Shown here in pieces: positions 30,451 to 39,882 of a DNA stretch of 64,000 bases. The translations under genes were made by a program, and so were the position numbers. The stretch lies in contig CAWJWJ010000002.1 in the NCBI GenBank assembly GCA_963846575.1, positions 1,344,001 through 1,408,000 of the forward strand, given 5' to 3'. The stretch comes from an uncultured Nitrospiraceae bacterium (GTDB taxonomy: Bacteria; Nitrospirota; Nitrospiria; Nitrospirales; Nitrospiraceae). The notes under the pieces are model-generated. The model ran no database searches. It worked only from the letters and a program-made list of their open reading frames with translations, and was not told where the DNA came from. Position 1 is the first letter of the stretch; each line of letters begins with the position of its first letter.

Positions 30451-31635
30451 CTAGCGATCATGAACGGATTGTTCTTGAGCCCGTGGTTTGCGATGGCTTC
30501 CCGCCACCATCCGAAACTCGAACAGGCGGCATTCGATGGCACCATTGAATAGCGGGACGCGGCGGGAAGGAGCCAGTCGCAACAGCCCTGGCAGTTTCAG
30601 GTCGGCCGTCAGGATATGGACGGTCCATCCGCAATAGTGTTTCTTCAACTGATCGCCGAACGCCGGATAAAAGTCCCGAAGCGTTTCAGGGTCTCCCATG
30701 CGATGGCCGTAGGGGGGATTCGTGATCAGAAGACCGGCCTCGGCCGGGGCCGGCAGGGTCAGCACGTCTCCCTGATGGAGGGTGACGGCGTCGACGCATC
30801 CGGCGATGGCCAGATTGGCCCGGACCGACGCGAGCGCCTGGGGGCTGTGGTCGGCCGCCTGAATCAAGCCGGCGGGGGCCGGGATCTCCGCGGCCTTGAG
30901 TTCGGTGCGCAGGTCGCTGAACGTCCGGGGGTCAAACGACAGCAGTTTTTCAAACGCGAACCGGCGGCCGAATCCAGGCGCGATCCGACGGGCCATCAGC
31001 GCGGCTTCGATCACGAACGTGCCGCTGCCGCACATGGGGTCGAACAGCAGGGCGTCCGGTGTCCACTTGGCGAGCCGTAAGATCCCAGCCGCGAGGTTTT
31101 CCCGGATCGGAGCTTCGCCTGCCGACTTGCGCCAGCCTCGTTTGAAGAGGGGGTCCCCGGAAGTATCCAGATAGAGGGTGCACGTCGTTTGATCCAGGAA
31201 TACCGCAATGAGAATGTCCGGGGCGTGGGTGTCCACGATCGGCCGTTTGCCCCTGGCATATTGGAAGCGATCGCAGACGGCGTCCTTGACCCGCAGCGTC
31301 ACGAAATCCAAACTCTTCAAGGGGCAGTGGTGGGCGCTGACCTTCACCTTGATGGTCTGCTGCGGGGTGAACCAATCCTGCCATCTGACCGCCTTGACGG
31401 CATCATAGACGTCGTGTTCATCGCGATAGGGCAGCTCGGCAATGCGCAGGAGGATGCGGCTCGCGATGCGGGATTGTAAGTTCAGGCGATAGCAGAGAGC
31501 GAGCGTGCCGTGAAAGGCGACACCGCCGGCCGTTGCCTTCATCTGGGAGGCGCCCAGCTCCGTGAGCTCCTCAGTGAGGACCGCCTCGAGCCCGCGAGGG
31601 CAAGGTGCAAAGAAGGCGTGATTTATGCTATCCAT
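30451..31635 (-). CDS. THUMP-domain RNA methyltransferase (RlmL-like)
   Basis: CPRGLE, LYLDTSGDPLFKRGWR, APIRENLAAGIL, DPMCGSGT, NPPYG. Confidence 0.9.
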   Translation of the reverse strand: MDSINHAFFAPCPRGLEAVLTEELTELGASQMKATAGGVAFHGTLALCYRLNLQSRIASRILLRIAELPYRDEHDVYDAVKAVRWQDWFTPQQTIKVKVSAHHCPLKSLDFVTLRVKDAVCDRFQYARGKRPIVDTHAPDILIAVFLDQTTCTLYLDTSGDPLFKRGWRKSAGEAPIRENLAAGILRLAKWTPDALLFDPMCGSGTFVIEAALMARRIAPGFGRRFAFEKLLSFDPRTFSDLRTELKAAEIPAPAGLIQAADHSPQALASVRANLAIAGCVDAVTLHQGDVLTLPAPAEAGLLITNPPYGHRMGDPETLRDFYPAFGDQLKKHYCGWTVHILTADLKLPGLLRLAPSRRVPLFNGAIECRLFEFRMVAGSHRKPRAQEQSVHDR

Positions 31636-31663
31636 TCTCTTCCCTGTGTGATCGGGAGCTGTC

Positions 31664-32206
31664 ATGAAGTTTTGCTCTGAATGTGGGGCCGGGCTATCCT
31701 CGAAAATTCCACCCGGCGATAACCTGCCGCGATTCGTGTGCGATATCTGCCAGGTTATCCATTACATCAATCCGAAAATCGTCGCCGGCTGCATTCCCGA
31801 GTGGAAAGACAAAATCCTGCTCTGCCGGCGGGCCATCGAACCGCGCCTGGGCCACTGGACCTTTCCCGCGGGCTTCATGGAGATCGGCGAAAGCACCGAG
31901 CAGGCCGCCATTCGCGAAACGATGGAAGAAGCCCAGGCCGATGTCGAGATCACGTCTCTCTATGCCGTCCTGAGTCTGCCCCGAATCAGCCAGGTGCATA
32001 TGGTCTTCCGTGGCACGATGCGGACCGGGGATTTCAAGCCCGGCAGCGAAAGCCTGGACGTGCAACTGTTTGCCCTCAGCGACATTCCCTGGGATGACCT
32101 CGCGTTTCCCGTCATCCACAGCGCGCTTGAACGCTACGTGGCGGATGCGGCCCGTGGCACCTTCTCCATGCATTTCGGCAGCGTCTTTCCGGGGCTGAAA
32201 TCGTAA
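31664..32206 (+). CDS. NUDIX hydrolase with N-terminal zinc ribbon
   Basis: MKFCSECG..CDIC, GFMEIGESTEQAAIRETMEEA. Confidence 0.9.
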   Translation: MKFCSECGAGLSSKIPPGDNLPRFVCDICQVIHYINPKIVAGCIPEWKDKILLCRRAIEPRLGHWTFPAGFMEIGESTEQAAIRETMEEAQADVEITSLYAVLSLPRISQVHMVFRGTMRTGDFKPGSESLDVQLFALSDIPWDDLAFPVIHSALERYVADAARGTFSMHFGSVFPGLKS

Positions 32207-32242
32207 ACGTGAACCACCCCGGCGGTGTTTCCGGCCTCCTGG

Positions 32243-32551
32243 CTAATTGTTGCTGGGCATGATCAGCCCCAACTCATTCGCCGGCGGATGCACGAAGCTG
32301 AAGCCTTTGGCCTCCTGATAATCCACCGTCATGCCGATGGTCCGGTGCACGCTCGCGCGATCCAGGGCGATGGTCAGTCCTTCGATGTGCTGCACCTCGT
32401 CTTCTTCCTGGGGGGCGGGTTCCAGCGTGATGCTCAGGGAGAGGCGCTGGTCATCGAGGTCCCGTAGGGCTATACGCACGACCGGGTCTTCCGGATGTTC
32501 CTTGATCAGCTGTCGCAAGCGCCCGATGGCGGTCCAGGTCAGGTTCAGCAT
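32243..32551 (-). CDS. HesB/IscA-fold-like hypothetical protein lacking Cys ligands
   Basis: MLNLTWTAIGRLRQLI...EDEVQHIEGLTIALD...GMTVDY pattern. Confidence 0.55.
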   Translation of the reverse strand: MLNLTWTAIGRLRQLIKEHPEDPVVRIALRDLDDQRLSLSITLEPAPQEEDEVQHIEGLTIALDRASVHRTIGMTVDYQEAKGFSFVHPPANELGLIMPSNN

Positions 32552-32553
32552 GG

Positions 32554-32829
32554 TTAGGTCTGCAGAGGCGGCTGAAGTGGCGTCATCCGGTAAAAATGGT
32601 GAATGTCTACGAGCTGCTCCGCCCGGTCGATCGAATAAAAAATCCGCCAATCGCCCACGGCGTATTTGTGCAAGCCGGGTAAATCGGCAGCCACGGGTTC
32701 GTGCCGCAGGTTCTCCACGTTGGAAGCCAGCCATTTGGTCTTGTCGAACAGCCGTTGCGCCATGGTCGTGTCGGCTGCACGCAGGTCGGTAATCACGTCG
32801 GGCCGGAAGGCTAAGCGAAACCAGGGCAT
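32554..32829 (-). CDS. RelE/ParE family toxin-like protein
   Basis: LPGLHKYAVGDWRIFYSID; downstream of a small antitoxin-like gene. Confidence 0.75.
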   Translation of the reverse strand: MPWFRLAFRPDVITDLRAADTTMAQRLFDKTKWLASNVENLRHEPVAADLPGLHKYAVGDWRIFYSIDRAEQLVDIHHFYRMTPLQPPLQT

Positions 32830-32831
32830 CG

Positions 32832-33050
32832 CTACCACCGCAAGCCGAGCTTGTCGGCCACTTCATCACCGGTCAGACGTTCCGTGGAAGCCAATGATTG
32901 CTTGAGGCGATCGCGGACCGATTCGCCGAGCGGTGCGCCCAGGTCCGGGTCACCCAGCAAGGCGCGCAACCGGTCATCGACGATGCCTTCGACGAGGTTC
33001 TTCAGTTCCGCCAGACTGAGATTGGAGATGGTGATAGTCGGTTCGGTCAT
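32832..33050 (-). CDS. Putative antitoxin
   Basis: 72 aa, ISNLSLAELKNLVEGIVDDRL..LLGDPDLG..EVADKLGLRW, adjacent to the toxin. Confidence 0.7.
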   Translation of the reverse strand: MTEPTITISNLSLAELKNLVEGIVDDRLRALLGDPDLGAPLGESVRDRLKQSLASTERLTGDEVADKLGLRW

Positions 33051-33486
33051 AAACTCGGATGGCCCATATTCATGAATCGAGCATACGGGGCTGGCGGCGG
33101 GAATTGCAAGCCTGCGGCTGAGACCTGTGATGCAACTCCATGAACCGTCCCTCCATTGAAAGAAACACGTAAAGTCGGAGCAGGTTCTGTCATGGGTCTG
33201 CGTGAAATCGCGACCGGATCCGCGCCGGTGGAATACCGGGGATGAACAGCCCGGGAACCCGGGCCCAGCAGGGGCTGTGCGCCAGGCTGAGCCGGATGAA
33301 CCTGGCGCCATGTTCATGATTGTCGTCTCTCTTCCAAACAGGTATGCTGCCTGAATTCTCTCCGGACAACGTAGATTCCGCTCTGACCGGATGGGTTCTA
33401 TTTGGATTGGGCCGTCCGATTCCTGCGGCGGTCGTCAGGTCATGGATGATTGATCAAGAACCGCGAAGCTGATCACACACTTTCCC

Positions 33487-34746
33487 ATGCGTTTTCTCCA
33501 CGCCTCAGATCTCCACATCGACAGTCCCTTGCGCGGGCTGGATCGTTACGACGGTGCACCGGTCGAGCGGCTGCGGAGCGCGACCCGGGCCGCCTTCGAG
33601 CGGCTGGTCGATCGCGCCATCTCCGAACGCGTGGACTTCGTGCTGCTCGCGGGTGACATCTACGACTGCGACTGGCAGGATTTTCACACCGGGCTGTTCT
33701 TTCGCGGACAGATGGTCCGCCTGGAGCGTGCCGGTATCCGCGTCTTCATCGTGCAGGGGAATCACGATGCGCAGGGGGTGATCTCGAAGCAGTTGGTCCT
33801 GCCGCCGAACGTCACGGTGTTTTCCAGCCGCACGGCCCAGACTGTCCGGATCGATGCCCTCCCGGTGGCGATCCATGGCCGCAGCTTTCCGGAGCGCGCG
33901 GTCGATGAAGATCTGGTTCCTTCCTATCCCGCACCTCTGCCCGGCTGCTTCAACATCGGCATGCTCCATACAAGCCTGACCGGGCGTGCGGGACATGATC
34001 CCTATGCGCCGACGGATCTGCCGACGCTGATCGAGAAGGGTTACGACTATTGGGCTCTCGGACACGTGCATGCGCGTGAGGTGTTGTCGGAGCGACCACG
34101 GATCGTGTTTTCCGGCAATCTGCAAGGCCGCCATGCGAAGGAGACCGGCGCGAAAGGATGCGAGCTGGTCACGGTGGAAGGGGGCCGTATCGAAGCCGAG
34201 TTTGTGCCCCTGGATGTCGTACGCTGGAGTCAGGTCTCCCTCCCGCTTCACGGCATCGACAGGCTGGAGGCGTTAAGCGACGCGTTCCGTCACGCGTTGG
34301 AGCCCGAACTTGCAGGAGCCACGGATCGGCTGCACGCGGTCCGTGTCACGCTGACGGGTGCGACGGAATTGCATCGGCTGGAAGCCACGCAACCGGGCAC
34401 GCTGGCGGCGGCGATGCGTGCGGCGGCGCAGGATGTCGGCGAGGCAGAAATCTGGATCGAGCAGGTGCGGCTGGATCTTTCGACGCCGTTGGATCGTGCA
34501 CAGGCGGCGCAACGGCAGGATGCAATCGGCGAGCTCCTGCGCCTCGTGGACTCGATTGCCGCGGATGACGCCGAACTGACGCGCCGGTTTCAGGCTGAAC
34601 TTGGCGGCCTGCTCGGGTCCATGCCGCAGGAAGTCGCTGCCGGAGACGTGCCGAAACTCGATGATCCGGCCGATTTGAAACGCCTCCTGAGGGATGCCGA
34701 AGCCACGGTGCTGGCGCGCCTCACCGATTCCGGGGACGGCGCATGA
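33487..34746 (+). CDS. SbcD/Mre11-like metallophosphoesterase (YhaO-type)
   Basis: SDLH, AGDIYD, GNHD, YWALGHVH motifs. Confidence 0.92.
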   Translation: MRFLHASDLHIDSPLRGLDRYDGAPVERLRSATRAAFERLVDRAISERVDFVLLAGDIYDCDWQDFHTGLFFRGQMVRLERAGIRVFIVQGNHDAQGVISKQLVLPPNVTVFSSRTAQTVRIDALPVAIHGRSFPERAVDEDLVPSYPAPLPGCFNIGMLHTSLTGRAGHDPYAPTDLPTLIEKGYDYWALGHVHAREVLSERPRIVFSGNLQGRHAKETGAKGCELVTVEGGRIEAEFVPLDVVRWSQVSLPLHGIDRLEALSDAFRHALEPELAGATDRLHAVRVTLTGATELHRLEATQPGTLAAAMRAAAQDVGEAEIWIEQVRLDLSTPLDRAQAAQRQDAIGELLRLVDSIAADDAELTRRFQAELGGLLGSMPQEVAAGDVPKLDDPADLKRLLRDAEATVLARLTDSGDGA

Positions 34747-37700
34747 GGCTCATCACACTCCTCCTCCAGGCCTTTGGCCCCTTCAGAAACAAGACCCTGG
34801 ATTTTTCGACCGGCTCCGCTGACCTGCATGTGATTTATGGTCCGAATGAAGCAGGCAAGTCGTCGGCGTTACGAGCCATGACGGACCTCCGGTTTGGCAT
34901 TCCGCTCCGAAGCCCGGATGACTTCATCCATGCCGCGGGCGACCTGCGCATCGCCGGCATCTTCCTGGATCAGTCGGGTGAGAGGCTCGGCCTGGTCCGG
35001 CGCAAAGGGAGGGGTGCGACACTCTCCCGTTTGGATGCCACCACGGAACAGCGTGATCCGGGACCGGCCGTCGACAGCCGGCATGAACGCGAACTGACGG
35101 GCGGCCTGCAGCGTGCCGAGTTCGAAGCCATGTTCGGGCTCAACCACGCGCGGCTGCGGGAAGGCGGCAAGGTGCTGCTGAGTGGAGAAGGGGATCTCGG
35201 ATCGACGCTCTTCGAAGCCAGTGCGGGCACGCGCGGCATCACCGCGTTGCTCGCGGCCTTGGAGGTCGATGCGAAGAAACTCTATAGTCCCCACGGGCGG
35301 ACCCAGAACGCGGTGATCAACGAGGCGCGCCGGCAGCTCGATGAGCAGCGGCAGGCCTGGCGTCAGGCGCAAACGAAGCCCGCCGACTGGCAGACGCTGA
35401 ATCGCGCGCATGAAGCCGCGGCATCCGTCCTCGATGAGACGACGAAAGCCCTGGAGAGCCTGCGCCGCCGCGAGAACGAGTTAACCGAACTGCGCACCGT
35501 CGAGCCGTTGCTGCGGGAATATGACCGGGCAGCGGCGGCTCTGGAGTCACTGGCCGGGGCGCCGGACCTGGCGGACAATGCCCGCGAGGAGCGGCTGGCG
35601 GCGGTGCAGGCCCTGGACCATGCGTCGCGTGATCTGCGAGAGGCTGAGGCCGAGTTGGAACGCTGCGCACTGGACCTCCAGGCCCTGGCGCTTGAGCCGC
35701 TGGTGCTCGACCATGCGGAAGCGATCGAACGGCTGGTGGCAGGAGTTGCCTCGGCGGCGCGCCATCGTATCGAGGTGCAACAGCAGGGTGCTGTCATGAC
35801 GAAGATCGAGACCGATCTCGCCATGGCCGCGTCGCGGCTGGCGCCGGGGCGGGAACCGGGAGAGTTGCTCCAGGCCGTGCCTTCCTCCGCCGACCGGGTT
35901 GCGTTGGATGCTCACTTGACGCAGGTGAGTCGCCTGCGTGAGCGACTCGATGGTTACCGGCAGCGCGCAGAGGTGCTGGATATGGCTCTGCATCCGGACA
36001 ACCGGGACTCGTCTGTTCAGGCCGATCAGACCCTGAGGCAGCGCCTCGCCGCCGCCGTCCGGAGAGGCCAGTCCCTGGGTGACGTGGTGCGTCAAAAATC
36101 CGATTTGGAGCGCCAGTTGCGGGACCTCGAGACGGGGCTCGAGCAGGCGCTGTCGGATATGGGCAGTGCTTCTGACGAAGCCCTCCGGCAAACCCATCCG
36201 ATACTGGAGGCGCAGATTGCGCAGAACAAGCAGGAACTGGCAGCTCTCGAAGAGCAGCTCAGGAAGTTGCGCGACGAACAGCAGCTGGTGGGGCGGGATC
36301 TGGATAGTCAGCGACTGCGGCAGCGCCAGCTTGCCGCGGAAGGTGAGGTGGTCACCGCCGACACGTTGCGCCTCGCACGCGGCAAACGCGATCAGGGCTG
36401 GGCTCTGATCCGCCGTTGTTTCATCGAGCGGACACAGACGGCCGAGGACCTTGCTCCCGGATTCGACCCGACCAGGCCGCTGCCGGAGGCGTTCGAGGCA
36501 AGCGAACGGGAGGCGGATCGGCAAGCCGATTTGCTGCGTGCCGACGCCAAGCGAGCCGCGGGCGCGGAGGAATGTGCAGCGCGTATTGAACAAATGGAGG
36601 CGCGCCGCGCTGAGATTCTTGGGGAGATGGCGATGCTCGCCGCAACCCGTGGAGAACTGCTGGCTTCATGGGCCCGGCGGCTCAAGGAGGGTGGGCTGCC
36701 CGATCTGGAGCCTGATTCGTTACGTGAATGGCAAGGGAGGCGATATGATGCCCTGCAGTTGGCCGACCGGGTGGCAGCGCTACGCGCTGATCGTGATCGG
36801 CTTGTTGAAGACACTCAGGAAGCCGTGGCGGGAATTGCCGACGCGCTTCGGGCGCTGGGGCATCCTCTGATCGAGATCAAGCAGTCAGAGGCACAGGCGC
36901 TGTCCGCGTTGATCGAACGGGGACTGGGCTGGGAACAGAAGGCGGTGGAGGTTGAAGCCGACCGCAGCGCAAAACATAAAGTGCTTCAGGCGCAGCGTCT
37001 CGAACGCGGGAGGGTGGAGGCGTTACGCGCCGAGGCCGAGGCCGATTTGCAGCAGCACATCGCTGCCTTGCAACAGTGGCATGCCCGGTTGTTCATGCCG
37101 AGCGGGACGGTCCCGGAGGCGCTCAAGGTTCGCCTTGATGAACTCGACAGCCTGGCGCAGCAGGCTGCCATGTTGGGTGAGGCGCGGCAACGCAAGGCTC
37201 TGGTGCAGGCCATCCTGGATGACCTTATCCAGCAGTCCAAGCAGGTGGCTGGGTGGCTGGGCGAGCCGGCTTCCGTTGAGGTGGAGGATTTCGCGGACCG
37301 GCTGCGAGCCAGACTGAGCGCGGCGCGAGCCGCCGATCAGGCGCGGACGACCCTGCTGCGTGATCGGACCAAAGCGCAGGAGAAGCAACGGAACGCCGAA
37401 TCCGAAAGGGCCATGCAGGAGGCGGTGTTGGCGCGAATCTGCGCCGCTGCCGGGGTCACGACGATCGAGCGGGTGCCGCAACGTGAAGAGGAAGCCCTGC
37501 GCAAACGCGAGGCGCGGAAGTCCCTGTCGCAACTCTGCCAACAGATCGCGGCGGCGTCGTCGCATTCCGACTCGGAGCTTCGCCGGAGCCTGTCAGGCCG
37601 CGATGCGCTGACGATCGAGAGTGAGCGGGAGCGCTGTCGTGAAGAGATCACGATGCGGGAACAGGACCTGACCCACGCCCGGCATAACGAAGAGCATGCG

Positions 37701-38273
37701 CGGCGCGCCCTGGAAAGCATCGACGCTTCCGACCGGGCCGCCCTGGCCCGCGAGGCCATGGAGTCGGCGGCCGCCCGTTATCGCTCCGCGATCCGGCCCT
37801 GGGCCAGACTGAAGCTGGCGCGCGCGTTGCTGGAAGAAGCCTTGAACCGTTTCCGGGAGCGGGCGCAGGCGCCCATGGTCTCGGCGGCTTCGTCCTACTT
37901 CGCTCTTGTTACAGGGGGAGTCTATGAACGGCTGATCACGGATGACCAGCAGGACAAACCGGAGTTATGTGCGCTCCGCTCCGGCGGTTCCCGCATCCGG
38001 GTCGAGGAGATGAGCGAGGGGACGGCGGATCAGCTGTATCTCGCTTTGCGGCTGGCGGCGCTGGAAGTGCGACGCGCGGCCCATCCGCAGATGCCGCTGG
38101 TGCTCGATGATGCACTCATCACCTCCGATGACGAGCGCGCAGCCAATATCCTGCGGGCGCTGGCCCGGTTTGCGGAGGGCGGACAGGTCATGATTTTCAC
38201 CCACCATCAACATCTGCTCGACGTGGCCCGTGCGGCGCTCGGCGAGCGAGGCTTCGTGGCGCACAGGCTGTGA
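34743..38273 (+). CDS. YhaN/AAA_27 SMC-like coiled-coil ATPase
   Basis: GPNEAGKS, long coiled coil, MSEGTADQLYLALRLA, LVLDD, FTHH; ATGA coupling. Confidence 0.9.
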   Translation: MRLITLLLQAFGPFRNKTLDFSTGSADLHVIYGPNEAGKSSALRAMTDLRFGIPLRSPDDFIHAAGDLRIAGIFLDQSGERLGLVRRKGRGATLSRLDATTEQRDPGPAVDSRHERELTGGLQRAEFEAMFGLNHARLREGGKVLLSGEGDLGSTLFEASAGTRGITALLAALEVDAKKLYSPHGRTQNAVINEARRQLDEQRQAWRQAQTKPADWQTLNRAHEAAASVLDETTKALESLRRRENELTELRTVEPLLREYDRAAAALESLAGAPDLADNAREERLAAVQALDHASRDLREAEAELERCALDLQALALEPLVLDHAEAIERLVAGVASAARHRIEVQQQGAVMTKIETDLAMAASRLAPGREPGELLQAVPSSADRVALDAHLTQVSRLRERLDGYRQRAEVLDMALHPDNRDSSVQADQTLRQRLAAAVRRGQSLGDVVRQKSDLERQLRDLETGLEQALSDMGSASDEALRQTHPILEAQIAQNKQELAALEEQLRKLRDEQQLVGRDLDSQRLRQRQLAAEGEVVTADTLRLARGKRDQGWALIRRCFIERTQTAEDLAPGFDPTRPLPEAFEASEREADRQADLLRADAKRAAGAEECAARIEQMEARRAEILGEMAMLAATRGELLASWARRLKEGGLPDLEPDSLREWQGRRYDALQLADRVAALRADRDRLVEDTQEAVAGIADALRALGHPLIEIKQSEAQALSALIERGLGWEQKAVEVEADRSAKHKVLQAQRLERGRVEALRAEAEADLQQHIAALQQWHARLFMPSGTVPEALKVRLDELDSLAQQAAMLGEARQRKALVQAILDDLIQQSKQVAGWLGEPASVEVEDFADRLRARLSAARAADQARTTLLRDRTKAQEKQRNAESERAMQEAVLARICAAAGVTTIERVPQREEEALRKREARKSLSQLCQQIAAASSHSDSELRRSLSGRDALTIESERERCREEITMREQDLTHARHNEEHARRALESIDASDRAALAREAMESAAARYRSAIRPWARLKLARALLEEALNRFRERAQAPMVSAASSYFALVTGGVYERLITDDQQDKPELCALRSGGSRIRVEEMSEGTADQLYLALRLAALEVRRAAHPQMPLVLDDALITSDDERAANILRALARFAEGGQVMIFTHHQHLLDVARAALGERGFVAHRL

Positions 38274-38293
38274 GGGGCAGCCATGCGTGGTGG

Positions 38294-38887
38294 TCATGGC
38301 GCGTCGCAATGCGATCCGCCCGGTGATTCGCAGGAACAATCCAGGCAGCCGTGGACCGCGCATGTTCCACAGGCCTGCTCCACCTGACGCCGCAGGGCCT
38401 TCCTGGCCCGGTGTACGCGCACTGCGGCATTCTCGGCGGTGATGCCGGATTGCTGAGCCAGATCGCTCAGTGAACCGTTCTCCAGGTCCACGACCTGTAA
38501 CGCTGTCCGGTATTCGGGTTTGAGGGACTCCAGAAGACCTGACACGCAGTGGCAAATCTCCCGTCGAAGTTCCGCTTGCGGTTCCTGTACATCCGGAAAG
38601 TCACGTTCCCATCGCTTCAGGGCTCGTTCGGTTGCGGAGCGATGGCGGTAATGGTCTATGACGGCATTCCGCAGGATCCGATAAAACCAGGGCAGGATTT
38701 TTTCGTCCGCGACGCCCGCTCCGCGCTCCAAACCACGGGCCAGCGCGGATTGCAGAATGTCCTCGGCCGCGGCTCTGGATTCTACACGCCGTTCCAGGAA
38801 CGCTAGAAATGCGCGGTGTCCCTCCACCAGTGTAGCCGTGGCTTCAGGGGAGAGAGAGGGGGCGGACTTCGGCGGCATGTTCATCAT
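38294..38887 (-). CDS. CorE-like ECF sigma factor with Cys-rich C-terminus
   Basis: AEDILQ, WFYRILRNAVIDHYR, CxC (ICHCV), sigma4, CGTCAVHGCLDCSC tail. Confidence 0.85.
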   Translation of the reverse strand: MMNMPPKSAPSLSPEATATLVEGHRAFLAFLERRVESRAAAEDILQSALARGLERGAGVADEKILPWFYRILRNAVIDHYRHRSATERALKRWERDFPDVQEPQAELRREICHCVSGLLESLKPEYRTALQVVDLENGSLSDLAQQSGITAENAAVRVHRARKALRRQVEQACGTCAVHGCLDCSCESPGGSHCDAP

Positions 38888-39254
38888 GGCCTCAGATTAC
38901 CATGGCGTTCTTTGCACTGTCAGGTTTCGAAACCTCGCGGACTGATTTGTATGACCGTCCGCTCCCGTCCTGTCCCCGCCTATCGAGGGCGGGGTTGCCG
39001 GACGTTTCCGGCTTGGCTCCGGTACCGCCGCAGCAGGGCGGAATCTGTGGCCGGACCAGGAGCCTGGTCATACGAATCAGCTTTTCCTCAGAGGTTGCTT
39101 TAATGCGACGGAATAGAGCAACCTGAGCCCTGGTAGGGTCTCCGGGCTCAGCCTGAGCGGTGGACCGCTCCGTACGTACGTATGTAGCCTGTCTGTGACG
39201 GTTCAATGCTGATCGCGGCGGGACCCGGCAAACTGAAAGAGCGCGAGAGGAGCT

Positions 39255-39878
39255 GTGATGAAGACCAGCCCGCTGGTTGAAGCGAGGGATGTGCGACTTC
39301 TGCTCCATGACAAACTGAAAATCGCGACCCGAGAATCCCACGCGACCTTCGAAGCCATGCTTCCCCTTCTGGATACTACGTTGACCAAGGATGCCTACGG
39401 GCAGTTACTCGCGCAGTTTTTGGGTTTTTATGGACCGCTCGAAGCGGCCATGGCCGGAGTCGGGCCACAAGCGCTGCGGGCCGAAGTCCTGCGACGCTCA
39501 AAGTTGCGTTGGCTGGTGCAGGATCTGCTCGCTCTGGGACGCAGTCAGGAAGAGATCGCCAGGCTTCCCCGCTGCCGCGACTTGCCTGATCTACTCCATA
39601 GCCATCAGGTGCTGGGAGCGCTTTACGTGGTCGAAGGCGCCACCTTGGGCGGTATCCTGATCACCCGACGTGTGAAACAGGCGCTCGGGGAAGAGGCCGA
39701 GCGGTGCAGTCGTTTCTTTCAGAGTTATGGTGCCGATGTACGCCCGATGTGGGACGCCTGTCTCGAGCTTCTGACACGGGCGGCGTCCGGACCAGAGCCG
39801 GAGCGTCAGATGATCCAGGCTGCCCGCGATACCTTCCACTGTTTTGAGCAGTGGCTCCGTCACGGCCGATCAAGATAA
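39255..39878 (+). CDS. bphO: Biliverdin-producing heme oxygenase
   Basis: LKIATRESH (proximal His), LGALYVVEGATLGG; directly upstream of a phytochrome. Confidence 0.88.
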   Translation: MMKTSPLVEARDVRLLLHDKLKIATRESHATFEAMLPLLDTTLTKDAYGQLLAQFLGFYGPLEAAMAGVGPQALRAEVLRRSKLRWLVQDLLALGRSQEEIARLPRCRDLPDLLHSHQVLGALYVVEGATLGGILITRRVKQALGEEAERCSRFFQSYGADVRPMWDACLELLTRAASGPEPERQMIQAARDTFHCFEQWLRHGRSR

Positions 39879-39882
39879 CGAC

